A stretch of 44,292 nucleotides of DNA from an uncultured Bacteroidales bacterium (GCA_946619625.1 CAMOMF010000084.1:1-44292); one strand, 5' to 3'; positions 1 through 10,147 are shown, numbered from the stretch's first letter. A program made the numbers and translations. The notes: generated by a model from the sequence alone, not told the origin.

Positions 1-20
1 CCCTCCGTGGGGCCGCCATC

Positions 21-3000
21 TTAATAGTTTTTTACTATATTACTGTAAGTAGTAATTTCCACTGAAGTCAAAACAGCACCCTCTTTCTTGTCGGTAAACC
101 ACACTCTACCCCAACCACCGTTGTACTTGCTATTTGTGGTTAGCACAGCAGAGGCCGCTGTGGAAGCATCGGAGCCACTAACAATCACACGCGATGTGCC
201 ATTTTCCGTGTCAAGCGCATCACCTGTGGCCAAGTCAGGGCCTTCAACTGTGCCGATTTGATAGATGGCATTACCCTGAATGGCGTTTGCCCAAGAGGAA
301 CCATCGCGTTTACCGGCGCCATCCGGAGTGACATAAAGCACTGTGCCACCCTTCGGAAGACGTTGAGTTTCAATAGCTCCAATGTCCGGGTCGCCACCAT
401 AGTCACGCGTACCCAAGGCAATATCATAACCCATGAATTTAGCCCAATCCGCACTGCCACTACCGGCGCCCGTTCCCGAGTCTTCTCCTGCCAAAGCATT
501 GGCTGCATTGACAATCGGGTTCATCGGCAACGGTTCGTAGTTGACCGCACCACCGTAGAACGACTTATCATCCGTAGTCGAGTGACCTACGTTACGGGAC
601 GGATTCACAAAGTCAGGATAACGTGCCAAAATCTCTGTTGCCGGAGTCGTACCCCAAGCACCTTGCTGAGTACCATCATCCACACGTGTTTGACGCGTCG
701 TATTGTTCTCACTCTTGGTATGAGTAAGAATACGATAGATATGGTTCTCTTCAAAGGTTGCAACCAAATCAGCAGGGAACAGTACATCGTAGCCCATGTA
801 CAAGTACTTACCCGTCACGTTGTACCAACTCTCCTTCGGGCAGAAGACAGTACTGCTAATGTTAGCGCGGTCGGCATGAATACGCAGACCATTACTGAAT
901 ATCACCGAGTTATACACCTCTATATGACCTGCATCGGTATTCTCGGTAATAGCGCCGGGAGTATAAGGTGTGGGGATAATATCTGCCGGAGTGCACTTGA
1001 AGGGGAAACCGCAGTTGTTCATCAGGTCGCTGTTGCGCACAATAATCTTGGCTTCAGAACCATTTGCAACTACTATGCCATACAACGAAATCTGCATGGT
1101 TTCCGGTGTGTCGTCTTCTTTCGCAACATATCGGTCAGGGTCATCCCATGTATCACCGGCCGTACAGTTACGGATAACGGTATTCACTACCGTCAGCTCG
1201 GCTATACACTTACGCTTGCCTTTAGAGGGATCGTCATCAATATATTTGCTTCCATGCTCGGCATCACCGTTCACGAAGATAGCGGCTCCCTCCGTAGCCG
1301 CACAATTGGCAATCACGCAGTTACGCAATATATTACCCGTCATGTCACGAGGGAACGTCTCTCTGGAGTTGTTCATCGCCACACCGCCACCGTTGGCCAC
1401 AGAGTTGTACAGAGCTATTTCCTCGGCATAATCCTTGTCACTCATTTGTGCCGGATCGGGTTTCGCGATATTACCGTTACCACCAATCATACGGAAACCA
1501 TCGATGATGACATCGTGCATATTAGCAATGGAGAACACGTGTACGGAGTGGTCATTGAAGTCACCACCCGTCACATCCGCACGCACCTCGGACTTGTACT
1601 TATATGGCTGACGACCGGTGATTATAGGGACAAGTTTGTCATCTTTAGTTATGTCCTTTTGGGCACTCGGATAACCACCGTACAAACGCATCTTGCTGAC
1701 GGGGCGCACCGCTGCCGTACGGATATGGCCCGTCAGGTATGCCCCTCGACCCGCTACGTTCGTCGAACCCTCTTTCATGAGAATCTGTACGTTGGGATAG
1801 TGAGTTTCGTCGTATATTATATTTCCTGCACCATCCCTTTGTATATGGCCTTCAGAATCCAGTGACGGCAAACGATAATAAGCATACTCCGGATGATCTA
1901 CATAACTCTCCTTCGTGTTATGAGTCTCTATCGGATCCACCAAGTACTGACTGAAGAAAAATACAGCATCCTGCAGGTTGTTGAGAGCATAGGTCCAGTT
2001 GGCTCCCAACGCTTGGTCTTCTTTGTATCCCACATTACCTTCGCCACTCTCTGCTGCCTTGGCAACAATGGTCGGGTCCACAAAGATAGTCGGGATATTG
2101 GTGGTTTCAGTGGTCGTACGTCCTTCTTGTTGTTCCAAGGAGGGCATGAGGCAGAAGTTCACATCGTGGTAACTATTTGTGATGGCACCGCAGACCGACA
2201 CACTCTCAAACTTGATACCCAACAAGTCTTGTGTGGCATTGGCGTGCATCAACTCCACCCTGGAAGCCACGGTGACATCGACAATCTGCTTACCCTTACC
2301 ACGCATACTGGACATACCTAACGGGTGCCAGTTGTACGCATCCTGATAGGCGCTACCCGCTTCGGTGTTCGACGGATTCACTACGCCATTATCATGCTGA
2401 ATACCGGCGCTGGAGGATGGATGCTCAAACATAGCAAAGTTACCCGTGTTGAAAGAAGCAGTCGGGTAGTTATCATCATTCAGGTTAATCACGGCTTTGC
2501 GGACCACTGCCGACCAGTCGGAGATATCCCCCTTGGAGAACGCACTATGGTCCACCGAGATATTGAAATAGTCTTCTTTCTTGAAGGCTGCAAATTGGAT
2601 ATCGCTATTGACTGCACACTCGTTGCCCCACACCACCGTATTGGAGATGGCAGCCGCCTCGCGCACGTAGATACCACCGGTACGGCCGTGGCGCATACCA
2701 TAATAAATCACGTCCGGGCCAATACACTTGTTGTTGACCACAGTCAAGTGGTCCAGCGAGCCGCCGTAGTTCAGGTACACACCCGCACCCTCGGCGTTAC
2801 TGGTACAGTTGGTGATAAGCGAAGCCTTGGCAAACGGACTATATACCGATGCCTCGAGGTCTTCGTTACCTTTATATGTATCGTAGAACGTGGGGTCCGC
2901 CATAGGAGCTGTCTCCTCGGGGTACTCGTCCGGGTCGTGACAGATAGCCAGACCTGCACCCGCTCGGGCCGCACACTGTGTGATATAGCAGTGCTCCACC

Positions 3001-4601
3001 TGACCATCGTAGTCGATGCACACACCGCCTCCATAGCCCTGTTGCATACCGAATCCCGTGGCCTGACAAGTGTGGATATAGCAGTAGTTGACATCACCAC
3101 CGCCGTCCAAATAGACCGCACCACCGCGCTGAACTGCCGAACAGTGATGAATGATACAGTCCTCTATCTCGGTGTTACGTACCATATAGACACCACCACC
3201 GAAACCCGTATGGTCGTGACCCTGCAGGTTGGTGCTGTTGGCATTACCGCCCTCGATGGTGAAACCCGCCAACTTCGACTTATACGGCAGACCCTTGAAA
3301 CGACCCGTCATGCTCGTCTCCTCATTCTCATACACAGGCAACGTGGACGTGTCAATGCCCGTGCCCTTGAACGCATACCGCCCGATATACCCTACCGTGT
3401 TGGGAATACTAACCGTTGCCAGATTCGCACAGTCGCCAAACGACCAACGCTCTATCAGGTCTATCGTACTCGGGAAAGTCACCGATGTCAACCCCGTACA
3501 ACCGTAGAAAGCAAAACGACCCACCTCCTTCACATTGCCGAGGTTGAGCGTCGTCAAGCCCGTACAGCCATCAAAAGCCGCCTGACCTACCGTGGTCACG
3601 TTCGCCCCCATCGTCACAGACGTCACACCCGTACACTGGTAAAACGCACCATTGCGAATACCCGTCACTTTGTACGTCTCTCCACCGGTAGTGATGGTTG
3701 CAGGGATAGTGATAGCGCCTGTATAGCCCGAAGGACTGCGCGTCACAACCGCCGTATTGTTTGTCTCGTCCAAATTATACCAAAGCGTGCTCACCTGTAC
3801 CCGCTCATCTGCCGGGTCCACGTCATACACAATCGGGTCATAGCGCTCTGCCGTGGCAGGGTCGATCTTACCATTCGTGCCGAACCACACCACATGGTAA
3901 CTGCTCAGCGGGAAAGTGGTGTTATAGATGCCTCGTTTGGAATCGTACGAGAACGAATAGGTATTGGTATGGTGGTTACCCGACAGGATACTCTTGTACT
4001 TGAAGTCCCAACTGCGCGACTTGTCCAGCGTGCCCTGTGTTCCCTCACTATGCAGGGCTATCATCTCGCCATAGCGCTTGCCTGAACTCAGCCAACGCAT
4101 GTTTGGCAACTCCTTGAGGTTTTTGCAGTAAGCATACTCGGGGGCAGTAGAAGAGGGCACCGTCTCGTCCCCCCTGAATCCACCTATTACATAGATGTTC
4201 GAGTAGATACGGAAAGACGTGTTTACCACCGAACCATCGGCATCGTCCGTGCTTCGACGGTTAGGGATATAGGTGGCAGATGTACTCCATTCCGATTCTG
4301 GGCGCGCCGGCACTGCCAACTCCGCAGCTCCGTTATCTTCTGTTCCTGCCACGAACACATAGCCCCTCTTACTGCCATCTCTAACATCATTGCGCTCATG
4401 CAGCACATCAATGGCACTCTGCAGGTTGTTCTTGGCATGCTCCCAAGAATCACCGACATTGTCGAAACTGCCCGCGGGTGACACATATATATAAACGTTT
4501 TTTTCATCTGTCGGCAGATCTTGTGCATGGGTATATGTCGTCGCTGCACCCCAAACGAGGCACAGGATAATAGTCAGTATGTAGTATATTCGCTTCTTCA
4601 T
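21..4601 (-). CDS. Giant secreted surface protein with right-handed beta-helix repeats plus BspA-type leucine-rich repeats (putative pilus-associated adhesin)
   Basis: ORF 21..4625. The best start is the ATG at 4601, which gives the signal peptide MKKRIYYILTIILCLVWGAATTYTHAQ. LRR block: GAFYQCTGVTSVTMG / FDGCTGLTTLNLG / FYGCTGLTSVTFP / FGDCANLATVSIP. Many Gly-rich GGGVY, GGAVYL and AGVYL turns typical of a parallel beta-helix. TAA stop at 21-23. Confidence 0.75.
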   Translation of the reverse strand: MKKRIYYILTIILCLVWGAATTYTHAQDLPTDEKNVYIYVSPAGSFDNVGDSWEHAKNNLQSAIDVLHERNDVRDGSKRGYVFVAGTEDNGAAELAVPARPESEWSTSATYIPNRRSTDDADGSVVNTSFRIYSNIYVIGGFRGDETVPSSTAPEYAYCKNLKELPNMRWLSSGKRYGEMIALHSEGTQGTLDKSRSWDFKYKSILSGNHHTNTYSFSYDSKRGIYNTTFPLSSYHVVWFGTNGKIDPATAERYDPIVYDVDPADERVQVSTLWYNLDETNNTAVVTRSPSGYTGAITIPATITTGGETYKVTGIRNGAFYQCTGVTSVTMGANVTTVGQAAFDGCTGLTTLNLGNVKEVGRFAFYGCTGLTSVTFPSTIDLIERWSFGDCANLATVSIPNTVGYIGRYAFKGTGIDTSTLPVYENEETSMTGRFKGLPYKSKLAGFTIEGGNANSTNLQGHDHTGFGGGVYMVRNTEIEDCIIHHCSAVQRGGAVYLDGGGDVNYCYIHTCQATGFGMQQGYGGGVCIDYDGQVEHCYITQCAARAGAGLAICHDPDEYPEETAPMADPTFYDTYKGNEDLEASVYSPFAKASLITNCTSNAEGAGVYLNYGGSLDHLTVVNNKCIGPDVIYYGMRHGRTGGIYVREAAAISNTVVWGNECAVNSDIQFAAFKKEDYFNISVDHSAFSKGDISDWSAVVRKAVINLNDDNYPTASFNTGNFAMFEHPSSSAGIQHDNGVVNPSNTEAGSAYQDAYNWHPLGMSSMRGKGKQIVDVTVASRVELMHANATQDLLGIKFESVSVCGAITNSYHDVNFCLMPSLEQQEGRTTTETTNIPTIFVDPTIVAKAAESGEGNVGYKEDQALGANWTYALNNLQDAVFFFSQYLVDPIETHNTKESYVDHPEYAYYRLPSLDSEGHIQRDGAGNIIYDETHYPNVQILMKEGSTNVAGRGAYLTGHIRTAAVRPVSKMRLYGGYPSAQKDITKDDKLVPIITGRQPYKYKSEVRADVTGGDFNDHSVHVFSIANMHDVIIDGFRMIGGNGNIAKPDPAQMSDKDYAEEIALYNSVANGGGVAMNNSRETFPRDMTGNILRNCVIANCAATEGAAIFVNGDAEHGSKYIDDDPSKGKRKCIAELTVVNTVIRNCTAGDTWDDPDRYVAKEDDTPETMQISLYGIVVANGSEAKIIVRNSDLMNNCGFPFKCTPADIIPTPYTPGAITENTDAGHIEVYNSVIFSNGLRIHADRANISSTVFCPKESWYNVTGKYLYMGYDVLFPADLVATFEENHIYRILTHTKSENNTTRQTRVDDGTQQGAWGTTPATEILARYPDFVNPSRNVGHSTTDDKSFYGGAVNYEPLPMNPIVNAANALAGEDSGTGAGSGSADWAKFMGYDIALGTRDYGGDPDIGAIETQRLPKGGTVLYVTPDGAGKRDGSSWANAIQGNAIYQIGTVEGPDLATGDALDTENGTSRVIVSGSDASTAASAVLTTNSKYNGGWGRVWFTDKKEGAVLTSVEITTYSNIVKNY

Positions 4602-4628
4602 CGCAATTATTCCATTCTTCAGCAAATA

Positions 4629-5921
4629 CTATGGTGTCGGATAATTATATTCCTTGTTTTTTATAGTTATCTGACCTCGTATCCAAGAGGTCCAAACAGT
4701 CGGTACTTTTGTATCAACTATTGTTTTATAGTACGAAGTGGCTGCCGATGGATCATCTCCATTCTTCAGCAATCGAAGTTGCAGAGGATAATCTCCGCTT
4801 ACATTATTATTCTTTCTATACGGAATGGCATAGAAATAAGCTCTTCCATTCCATTGTGTCCCGGGGGAAAGGACGCTTAGGATTGGCATCGTATAGCCGG
4901 ATTCATAAGCCGCACCTGCTATCATATTCTCAGTAGGCTTAAACACGTAGCACGGACCGTCATACAAATGCTCCGCCGCTATGTACGACAACTTCACATC
5001 TCCGCGTATCCCCTCCGCCACGTTCCACATCAGATCCACCTTCGCTGCCACGTGGTACAACAGCAAGTTAATATGCGGTACTTTCGTGTCCTTACTGAAC
5101 GAACCGTAGTACGCGCCATTGTAATTATAGTTGTAGGGTGAAGAATAGATGTTCTGCAGGTTCTCCTTGACCTTGGTGTCGTATTCCGTTCCACCATCGA
5201 AACGAAACCTCATACTCTGCAATTCACTAAGACTACTCCCCACGGTTATTTTCGGACTAAACTTCAACGGCACCGCCGACGCTACGGCATACACACGCCC
5301 GTTGAACCGCGGAGATGGGAGCAGCAGATGCATCTCCTCATCAAAACGATAGATACTGTCGCCCACCGTAGCATACAATCCTGTCTGGTGCGTCTTGGTC
5401 CAGCGTGCTTCCCACGCTTCTCTCTTCGCTTCATCAGTCGCACCCGACTCCTCTGCTACCGACCGGGTATCCGTAGCCCACACCTCCCACGTGTCATCAT
5501 CATTCTCCTTCACAATGAAGAAATAGATGTATTGCGGAATAGCAAACCGCTCAGTCGTACCGGGGTCACCAAAAGCCCGTGCCATCGTACCCTCCTCACT
5601 TGGGCACCGCTCCGGCGCCGTCTGTGGACTATACACCTCACCTACCGGCAAACCGATTGAAATCGGCAACGTCACCGCTTCATACCCTTCCGGCACAACC
5701 GGCTCGCACCCCGACAGCACAAGGGACAGCACACATATAAAGCCTGCATACGCGCACAGCACGACACGCCCACGCACGCGTATAGAAAAATTGCTCACGC
5801 GACCGAACACACGCTCGCACACACTTCCCCCGCGCACAAGCCCCTCTCGCCTGCAAGCCATCTCTCCGCACACGCTTTCCCGCATGCGCAAATTATCATC
5901 ATATGTGCGTTGCTTTATCAA
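4629..5921 (-). CDS. Fimbrillin-like accessory lipoprotein of the pilus locus
   Basis: 430-aa ORF with lipobox LVLSGC after a hydrophobic stretch. The start is uncertain: ATG at 5921, 5885 or 5861, or GTG at 5798, which would give a normal-length signal peptide. LLLYHVAAKVDLMWNV resembles FimA/Mfa-type pilin strands. The stop lies 27 nt upstream of the giant gene. Confidence 0.55.
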   Translation of the reverse strand: MIKQRTYDDNLRMRESVCGEMACRREGLVRGGSVCERVFGRVSNFSIRVRGRVVLCAYAGFICVLSLVLSGCEPVVPEGYEAVTLPISIGLPVGEVYSPQTAPERCPSEEGTMARAFGDPGTTERFAIPQYIYFFIVKENDDDTWEVWATDTRSVAEESGATDEAKREAWEARWTKTHQTGLYATVGDSIYRFDEEMHLLLPSPRFNGRVYAVASAVPLKFSPKITVGSSLSELQSMRFRFDGGTEYDTKVKENLQNIYSSPYNYNYNGAYYGSFSKDTKVPHINLLLYHVAAKVDLMWNVAEGIRGDVKLSYIAAEHLYDGPCYVFKPTENMIAGAAYESGYTMPILSVLSPGTQWNGRAYFYAIPYRKNNNVSGDYPLQLRLLKNGDDPSAATSYYKTIVDTKVPTVWTSWIRGQITIKNKEYNYPTP

Positions 5922-5939
5922 ATCGTCTTCTTTTTCGCG

Positions 5940-6003
5940 TTATTCGTGTTATTCGTGTTCGCTATTTCGATATCTCGACATCTCGATATATCGGTATCTC
6001 GCT
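5940..6003 (-). repeat. 8-nt periodic tandem repeat (TCGAGATA / CCGATATA / TCGAGATG / TCGAGATA / TCGAAATA ...) downstream of the Mfa2-like stop
   Basis: Read on the minus strand: cgagataccgatatatcgagatgtcgagatatcgaaatagcgaacacgaataacacgaataac. This is the same 8-mer family as the repeat at 18728-18790. Confidence 0.8.
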
Positions 6004-6075
6004 CTCAACTCTCCACGGCTTTGCCGATCGTCCGAGCCCTGCGAGGTAAGAACTTTAAACTCTAAACTTATCAAG

Positions 6076-7128
6076 CTATATCTCGATATTATGCTCGCCT
6101 CCGTTCTTCCAGTCGAGCGTGACCGATGCGCCCACTTCGGGAGCCTCGATGGGCACCACTTCACCGTCGGGTTGCAGTTGCAAACGCAACACTTTCAGTT
6201 GTCCTGCCCTGAGCGGTTCGTGCACCGACAGGACCGTCTCAGTGATGGTGCCGTCCGTCATGCTCACATACACTTTCGCCTCGTAATACACATCGTTGGC
6301 ATCTGGTGTCTCGGCGGAGGGGAACGAAGCACTGCCCAGTAATGCCATATGGTAACTCTCCTCTTCCACCTGCGCTCTCTTTGCCATGGGCGCAGAGGCG
6401 GAGATGTTCGGGTCTATCGTCTCCATCCGGATAATCTTCGGATGGTCGTAGAGGAAGAGGCTGTCGCGCAGCATCATACTGTTGACCGTAGGTCCCATAC
6501 AGGCAGTGATTCCATGGACGGTGACGCCGGTGGTGTCAATGACCAGTGCCAGCGCGCTGGTGACCATATGCAGCGTAAGGTCGATACACTGGTCAGCCGT
6601 GTCGATGACACTTATCTCGCGCTGCGTAGCGAAGAGACCGGTCTGCTGCGTCAGCAAGGTGTCCTGCACCGGAGTCGTCAGTCTAACCTGACGACTGCTG
6701 AGGGTATCCACCAGCGTGGCAATACCATTATTCTTCAGGTTGGCAAGGGCGATGGCATGGTACTCGTCTTTCGGCAGAAAGAACGTGTAGGTGGACTGGT
6801 TGGCATCAATGACCTCGTTGATGGAGTACACCAGTTCGTCCTTCGTGGTGTCGTAGAAACCGATACTGATGTCGTGCGCATGGTCGGTGAAGATATGGCT
6901 GAAATAGTCGTGCAGGATAGTACGGGTCTGCAGGTCGGTCTCAGCATAAAGGACCGTCTGCAACTCAAGGTCGAGGTTGGTCTGCAGTTGCATCCTGACC
7001 ACCATCTCGAAGTCTGTTCCGCAGACCGACAGGTCATCATCAATCAACTCAAACACGCCACAACCCTGCATGCCTACCATGCAGAGCCATCCTAACACTA
7101 TATTTCTACACCACTTCTTCAAAACCAA
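6076..7128 (-). CDS. FimB/Mfa2-family fimbrial anchor-like lipoprotein
   Basis: 350-aa ORF. Signal and lipobox MVGMQGC. Its size, its position directly after the major pilin gene and its C-terminal strand (VTLDWKNGGEHNIEI) resemble P. gingivalis Mfa2. Confidence 0.6.
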   Translation of the reverse strand: MVLKKWCRNIVLGWLCMVGMQGCGVFELIDDDLSVCGTDFEMVVRMQLQTNLDLELQTVLYAETDLQTRTILHDYFSHIFTDHAHDISIGFYDTTKDELVYSINEVIDANQSTYTFFLPKDEYHAIALANLKNNGIATLVDTLSSRQVRLTTPVQDTLLTQQTGLFATQREISVIDTADQCIDLTLHMVTSALALVIDTTGVTVHGITACMGPTVNSMMLRDSLFLYDHPKIIRMETIDPNISASAPMAKRAQVEEESYHMALLGSASFPSAETPDANDVYYEAKVYVSMTDGTITETVLSVHEPLRAGQLKVLRLQLQPDGEVVPIEAPEVGASVTLDWKNGGEHNIEI

Positions 7129-7159
7129 TTTACATCAACTGCTTTTCTTTCCATCGTTC

Positions 7160-7191
7160 CTCCGCAGCCCTGCCGAAGCAGAGCCGCGGAG
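7160..7191 (-). promoter_or_regulatory. Intercistronic 14-bp stem-loop with UUCG tetraloop between the major pilin and anchor genes
   Basis: Minus-strand RNA CUCCGCGGCUCUGC-UUCG-GCAGGGCUGCGGAG (12 Watson-Crick pairs plus 2 G-U pairs). No U-tract follows. Confidence 0.6.
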
Positions 7192-7224
7192 TTCCGAGGA
7201 ATGAAATCAGTCAAGAAAGAACGA

Positions 7225-9237
7225 TTAAAGTTCAACGTCAAAAATCAGACCGGCCTTCCATGACAAATCAACCGAGAAGCCGAGTTCCAAGTTGCTCGAA
7301 CGCAAGTCAGGAATGGTGTAGTATGCGCTCTTCAAGCAGTTCGCACCAAGAGTGATATTAAGGGTAGTGGTATAATCCTTGTAGAAGAGGTTGAAATTAT
7401 CCGGACGATTAGTACTGGCTTTGGAAGCAGCATTAACAGTAGTGCTATTCAGTTTGCCAACTAAATAGAAGGTGCCATTCTCCGGTATCAAATTACCATC
7501 TTTGCCAAGGAAGTCGCCCAGAGTGTTCTTCATCTCAAGAACAACATAGATTTCATCGTCGCCCATTGTTTCACCAGACTTGTTGTTCTTAGAGGAGAAT
7601 ACCAGCGTGTGGTTAGTTACAGGTGTTCCGTTATTAGGAATGAGTACCAAACCTTTATCAGGACTTTCAGCATCAGTTACTTTACCATTCAAATCATTAT
7701 CGTAGATAACAAATACGTCAGTAGCACCTTCATTCTGAGTGAAGTCATAATTCACCTGTTTCTGACCACCGATTAATAAGCCTTTCCAACGCAACTGCGC
7801 ACCATCTTTAGTAAAGACCACAGGATCTGCTCCTGCTGCTTCACCATTATCCGTCCAGGAAACAGCTCCAGCGTCACCACCTCTCTTAACAACTACGTCC
7901 AGTTTACCAACACCATACTCTATAGCATCATGAATAGCAACAGACTTAGTATTGCTCTGCACGGTTCCGTTGTCGGTATATTGACCAAGGATAGTTGTCC
8001 AATTGCTCACTCCGTCATAATAACTCTTTTTCGAGGAAGTGGCAGTCTCAATAGTGCTCTGAGCAAAATATTGCAAAGAAGCAGGATATACGAACTGAGT
8101 CAGTTTACCGAACTCAACAGCACCAGTTTCTGACCCAATAGTAGCATGATCGCCAACAACTGGCACAAACTTTTTAGCAGCAGGATCAGCGGTGTTCCAA
8201 CTAATTACAGCAGCACCATCAGGCAGACCGATAGAGTGAGGATAATCCTTGAAGCCCATAGTAGACTCCCACTCCAGTTTACGCTTCATTTTAAAGCCAT
8301 CGCCAGCAGTTGCAGTGGTAATATCCGTACCATTGAGGATAGCAGTCATGATGTTTGCTACCAACGGATCGGCAGAAACAGCCGACTCCTGATAGCGCTC
8401 AAGGGTGTTGTAGAGGTCCTCCACAGCAGCCAAGATGGCACCTTGAGAACCGGCTTTCATAGTGATAAAAGTGGTGTACAGGTCATGAAGAGCGTCATTG
8501 CCACCGTTTGCTGTGGTATAGTCCTCCCATTTAACCGGAGTACCTGCTCCATTATCGCAGTTAGCAATAGCAGTAACATAGGCTGCCAACTCTTGCGCAT
8601 GAGTAGGGATACCATCGGCGCTATAAATCTTCACTAAGTCAAAAGTAATACTGCTGGGATTCGTCGAAGCACCATACAGATTGTTGGCAGTAACAATACC
8701 ATACTGATGCTTTTTAGCGTCATCAGAGGAAATGTTAACCGTATTATCCTCATTCGAATCATTGCTTTCATCAATAGCTTTGCCATAGAACAAGAAACGT
8801 TTGGTACCGATAGGAATTGCCACATCTTCGTAGATAATGTTGTTAGCAGCATTCAGTTGTCCATAATCAGTTCCGGAAGCAGTTGCAATAGGAGCCAAGA
8901 GAATATTCTTACCAAGACGAGTGTCAAAATTAGCATCAAAAGGAATCAAGACGATTTTGTCCATACCACGGAAAGAGGGACGGTCCTGCTTCTGTTGAAC
9001 GGTTGCTGATGGCATATGGCGTACTGCGTCAGGAGTACCTGCAATGTTCTCGGCAATGTTAATCATGAACTCGGTTTTTACAACCTCGCCATTGTAGTTA
9101 CCGGTTATCGGGTCGATCTCCGGACTGTTGTTTTTCTGTTCGCAGGATGTGAATCCTACGCTGCCTATCAGGACGACTGCGCCCATCAAGGCAAATGTTT
9201 TGATTGATTTCATTGTTTTAATTGTTTTGTTAAACAT
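7225..9237 (-). CDS. Mfa1-family major fimbrial subunit-like lipoprotein
   Basis: 670-aa ORF, with an alternative start at 9213 (MKSIKTF...). Lipobox GFTSC. An Arg-containing pro-region (QDRPSFRGMDKIVLIPF) sits before the mature part. The C-terminal strand LELGFSVDLSWKAGLIFDVEL resembles the Mfa1 C-terminus. Confidence 0.7.
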   Translation of the reverse strand: MFNKTIKTMKSIKTFALMGAVVLIGSVGFTSCEQKNNSPEIDPITGNYNGEVVKTEFMINIAENIAGTPDAVRHMPSATVQQKQDRPSFRGMDKIVLIPFDANFDTRLGKNILLAPIATASGTDYGQLNAANNIIYEDVAIPIGTKRFLFYGKAIDESNDSNEDNTVNISSDDAKKHQYGIVTANNLYGASTNPSSITFDLVKIYSADGIPTHAQELAAYVTAIANCDNGAGTPVKWEDYTTANGGNDALHDLYTTFITMKAGSQGAILAAVEDLYNTLERYQESAVSADPLVANIMTAILNGTDITTATAGDGFKMKRKLEWESTMGFKDYPHSIGLPDGAAVISWNTADPAAKKFVPVVGDHATIGSETGAVEFGKLTQFVYPASLQYFAQSTIETATSSKKSYYDGVSNWTTILGQYTDNGTVQSNTKSVAIHDAIEYGVGKLDVVVKRGGDAGAVSWTDNGEAAGADPVVFTKDGAQLRWKGLLIGGQKQVNYDFTQNEGATDVFVIYDNDLNGKVTDAESPDKGLVLIPNNGTPVTNHTLVFSSKNNKSGETMGDDEIYVVLEMKNTLGDFLGKDGNLIPENGTFYLVGKLNSTTVNAASKASTNRPDNFNLFYKDYTTTLNITLGANCLKSAYYTIPDLRSSNLELGFSVDLSWKAGLIFDVEL

Positions 9238-9253
9238 TAGTTATTTATTTTGT

Positions 9254-10147
9254 TTATTTTTCAGTGTTTTTGTCAGGCGTATTCTTTCCCTTGGGAAGTA
9301 CTTTCGCCTCAACATCCTCAATGGGATGGATGTAGTCGGAGGCTTTCTGTCCGGTCACCACCGGTCTGCCAAGCGATTGCTCCAGTTGCTCGCGTGCCAC
9401 CCTTGCAACATCGCCACCTTCGCTTGCTACGCGCGCGTTCTCTTTGAAACCTTTTGGGCTTCGCTGCTTGCTCAGTTCGGCAGCCGAAGCCTCGGCAAGG
9501 GAGTTAAGTGCCAACTCCACATTGGTCATGTTGTCGCGCAGACTCTCCTTGCGCAGTCCCTTCAGTTGTTTATATTCTTTTGTCGTCTTACCGCTCCATT
9601 TCTTAGTAATAATGTCCGTCAGTGAGGCGAACTGCACTCCCTCCTCTATTCCGCCGCGCTTCCACTCGTCTGTCAGTTCTTTGCGTACTTCTATAGAGCG
9701 CACGCGTTGGTTAATCCACGCCTCGCTGTACCCCAAACGACGGTAGTCATGTATAGCCTGTTCGATGCTTTTCTCCGGGTCCTGCATCTGAGTCAGTCGC
9801 TCACTTCCCACTTCCGCCAACCAACGCTTCAGCGGCTCAGCCTTCTTAGACGGAATACTCTGTACAATCCGCAGAACCCCCTCCGTGTCAGCTACATCGG
9901 TAAGACGCTGCTTACCATCTGCCGAAGGCATTTTCAACTGGTTACAATTTGTAACCGGTTCAAATCCTTCTTTAACAAGGCGGTGCTTCAGCACCTTCCA
10001 ATAATTGCGTGCCGCCTGATAGTCAGGCTGGTCTGTCAGCACCGCGCACACATCTACTACAGAGAAATAGTACTTCTCCTGTTCATCGTCCCAAACGACC
10101 CTTACTTGGCGTTCGTCGAATAGTTTTATCATCAAATCCTGACTCAT
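9254..10147 (-). CDS. Bro-N domain protein with DinD-like C-terminal region
   Basis: 297 aa. The N-terminus LFDERQVRVVWDDEQEKYYFSVVDVCAVLT fits the Bro-N pattern. The C-terminal half (LRDNMTNVELALNSLAEASAAEL...ARVAREQLEQSLGRPVVTGQ) resembles E. coli DinD. Confidence 0.7.
   Translation of the reverse strand: MSQDLMIKLFDERQVRVVWDDEQEKYYFSVVDVCAVLTDQPDYQAARNYWKVLKHRLVKEGFEPVTNCNQLKMPSADGKQRLTDVADTEGVLRIVQSIPSKKAEPLKRWLAEVGSERLTQMQDPEKSIEQAIHDYRRLGYSEAWINQRVRSIEVRKELTDEWKRGGIEEGVQFASLTDIITKKWSGKTTKEYKQLKGLRKESLRDNMTNVELALNSLAEASAAELSKQRSPKGFKENARVASEGGDVARVAREQLEQSLGRPVVTGQKASDYIHPIEDVEAKVLPKGKNTPDKNTEK

Noticed and set aside
258-4085. Long plus-strand ORFs (258..1865, 535 aa; 2325..4085, 586 aa) antisense to the giant adhesin gene.
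   Set aside because: They are low-complexity, Arg/Thr/His-rich translations with no motifs. These are typical shadow ORFs opposite a GC-rich, codon-biased gene. The minus-strand frame has clear domain content.
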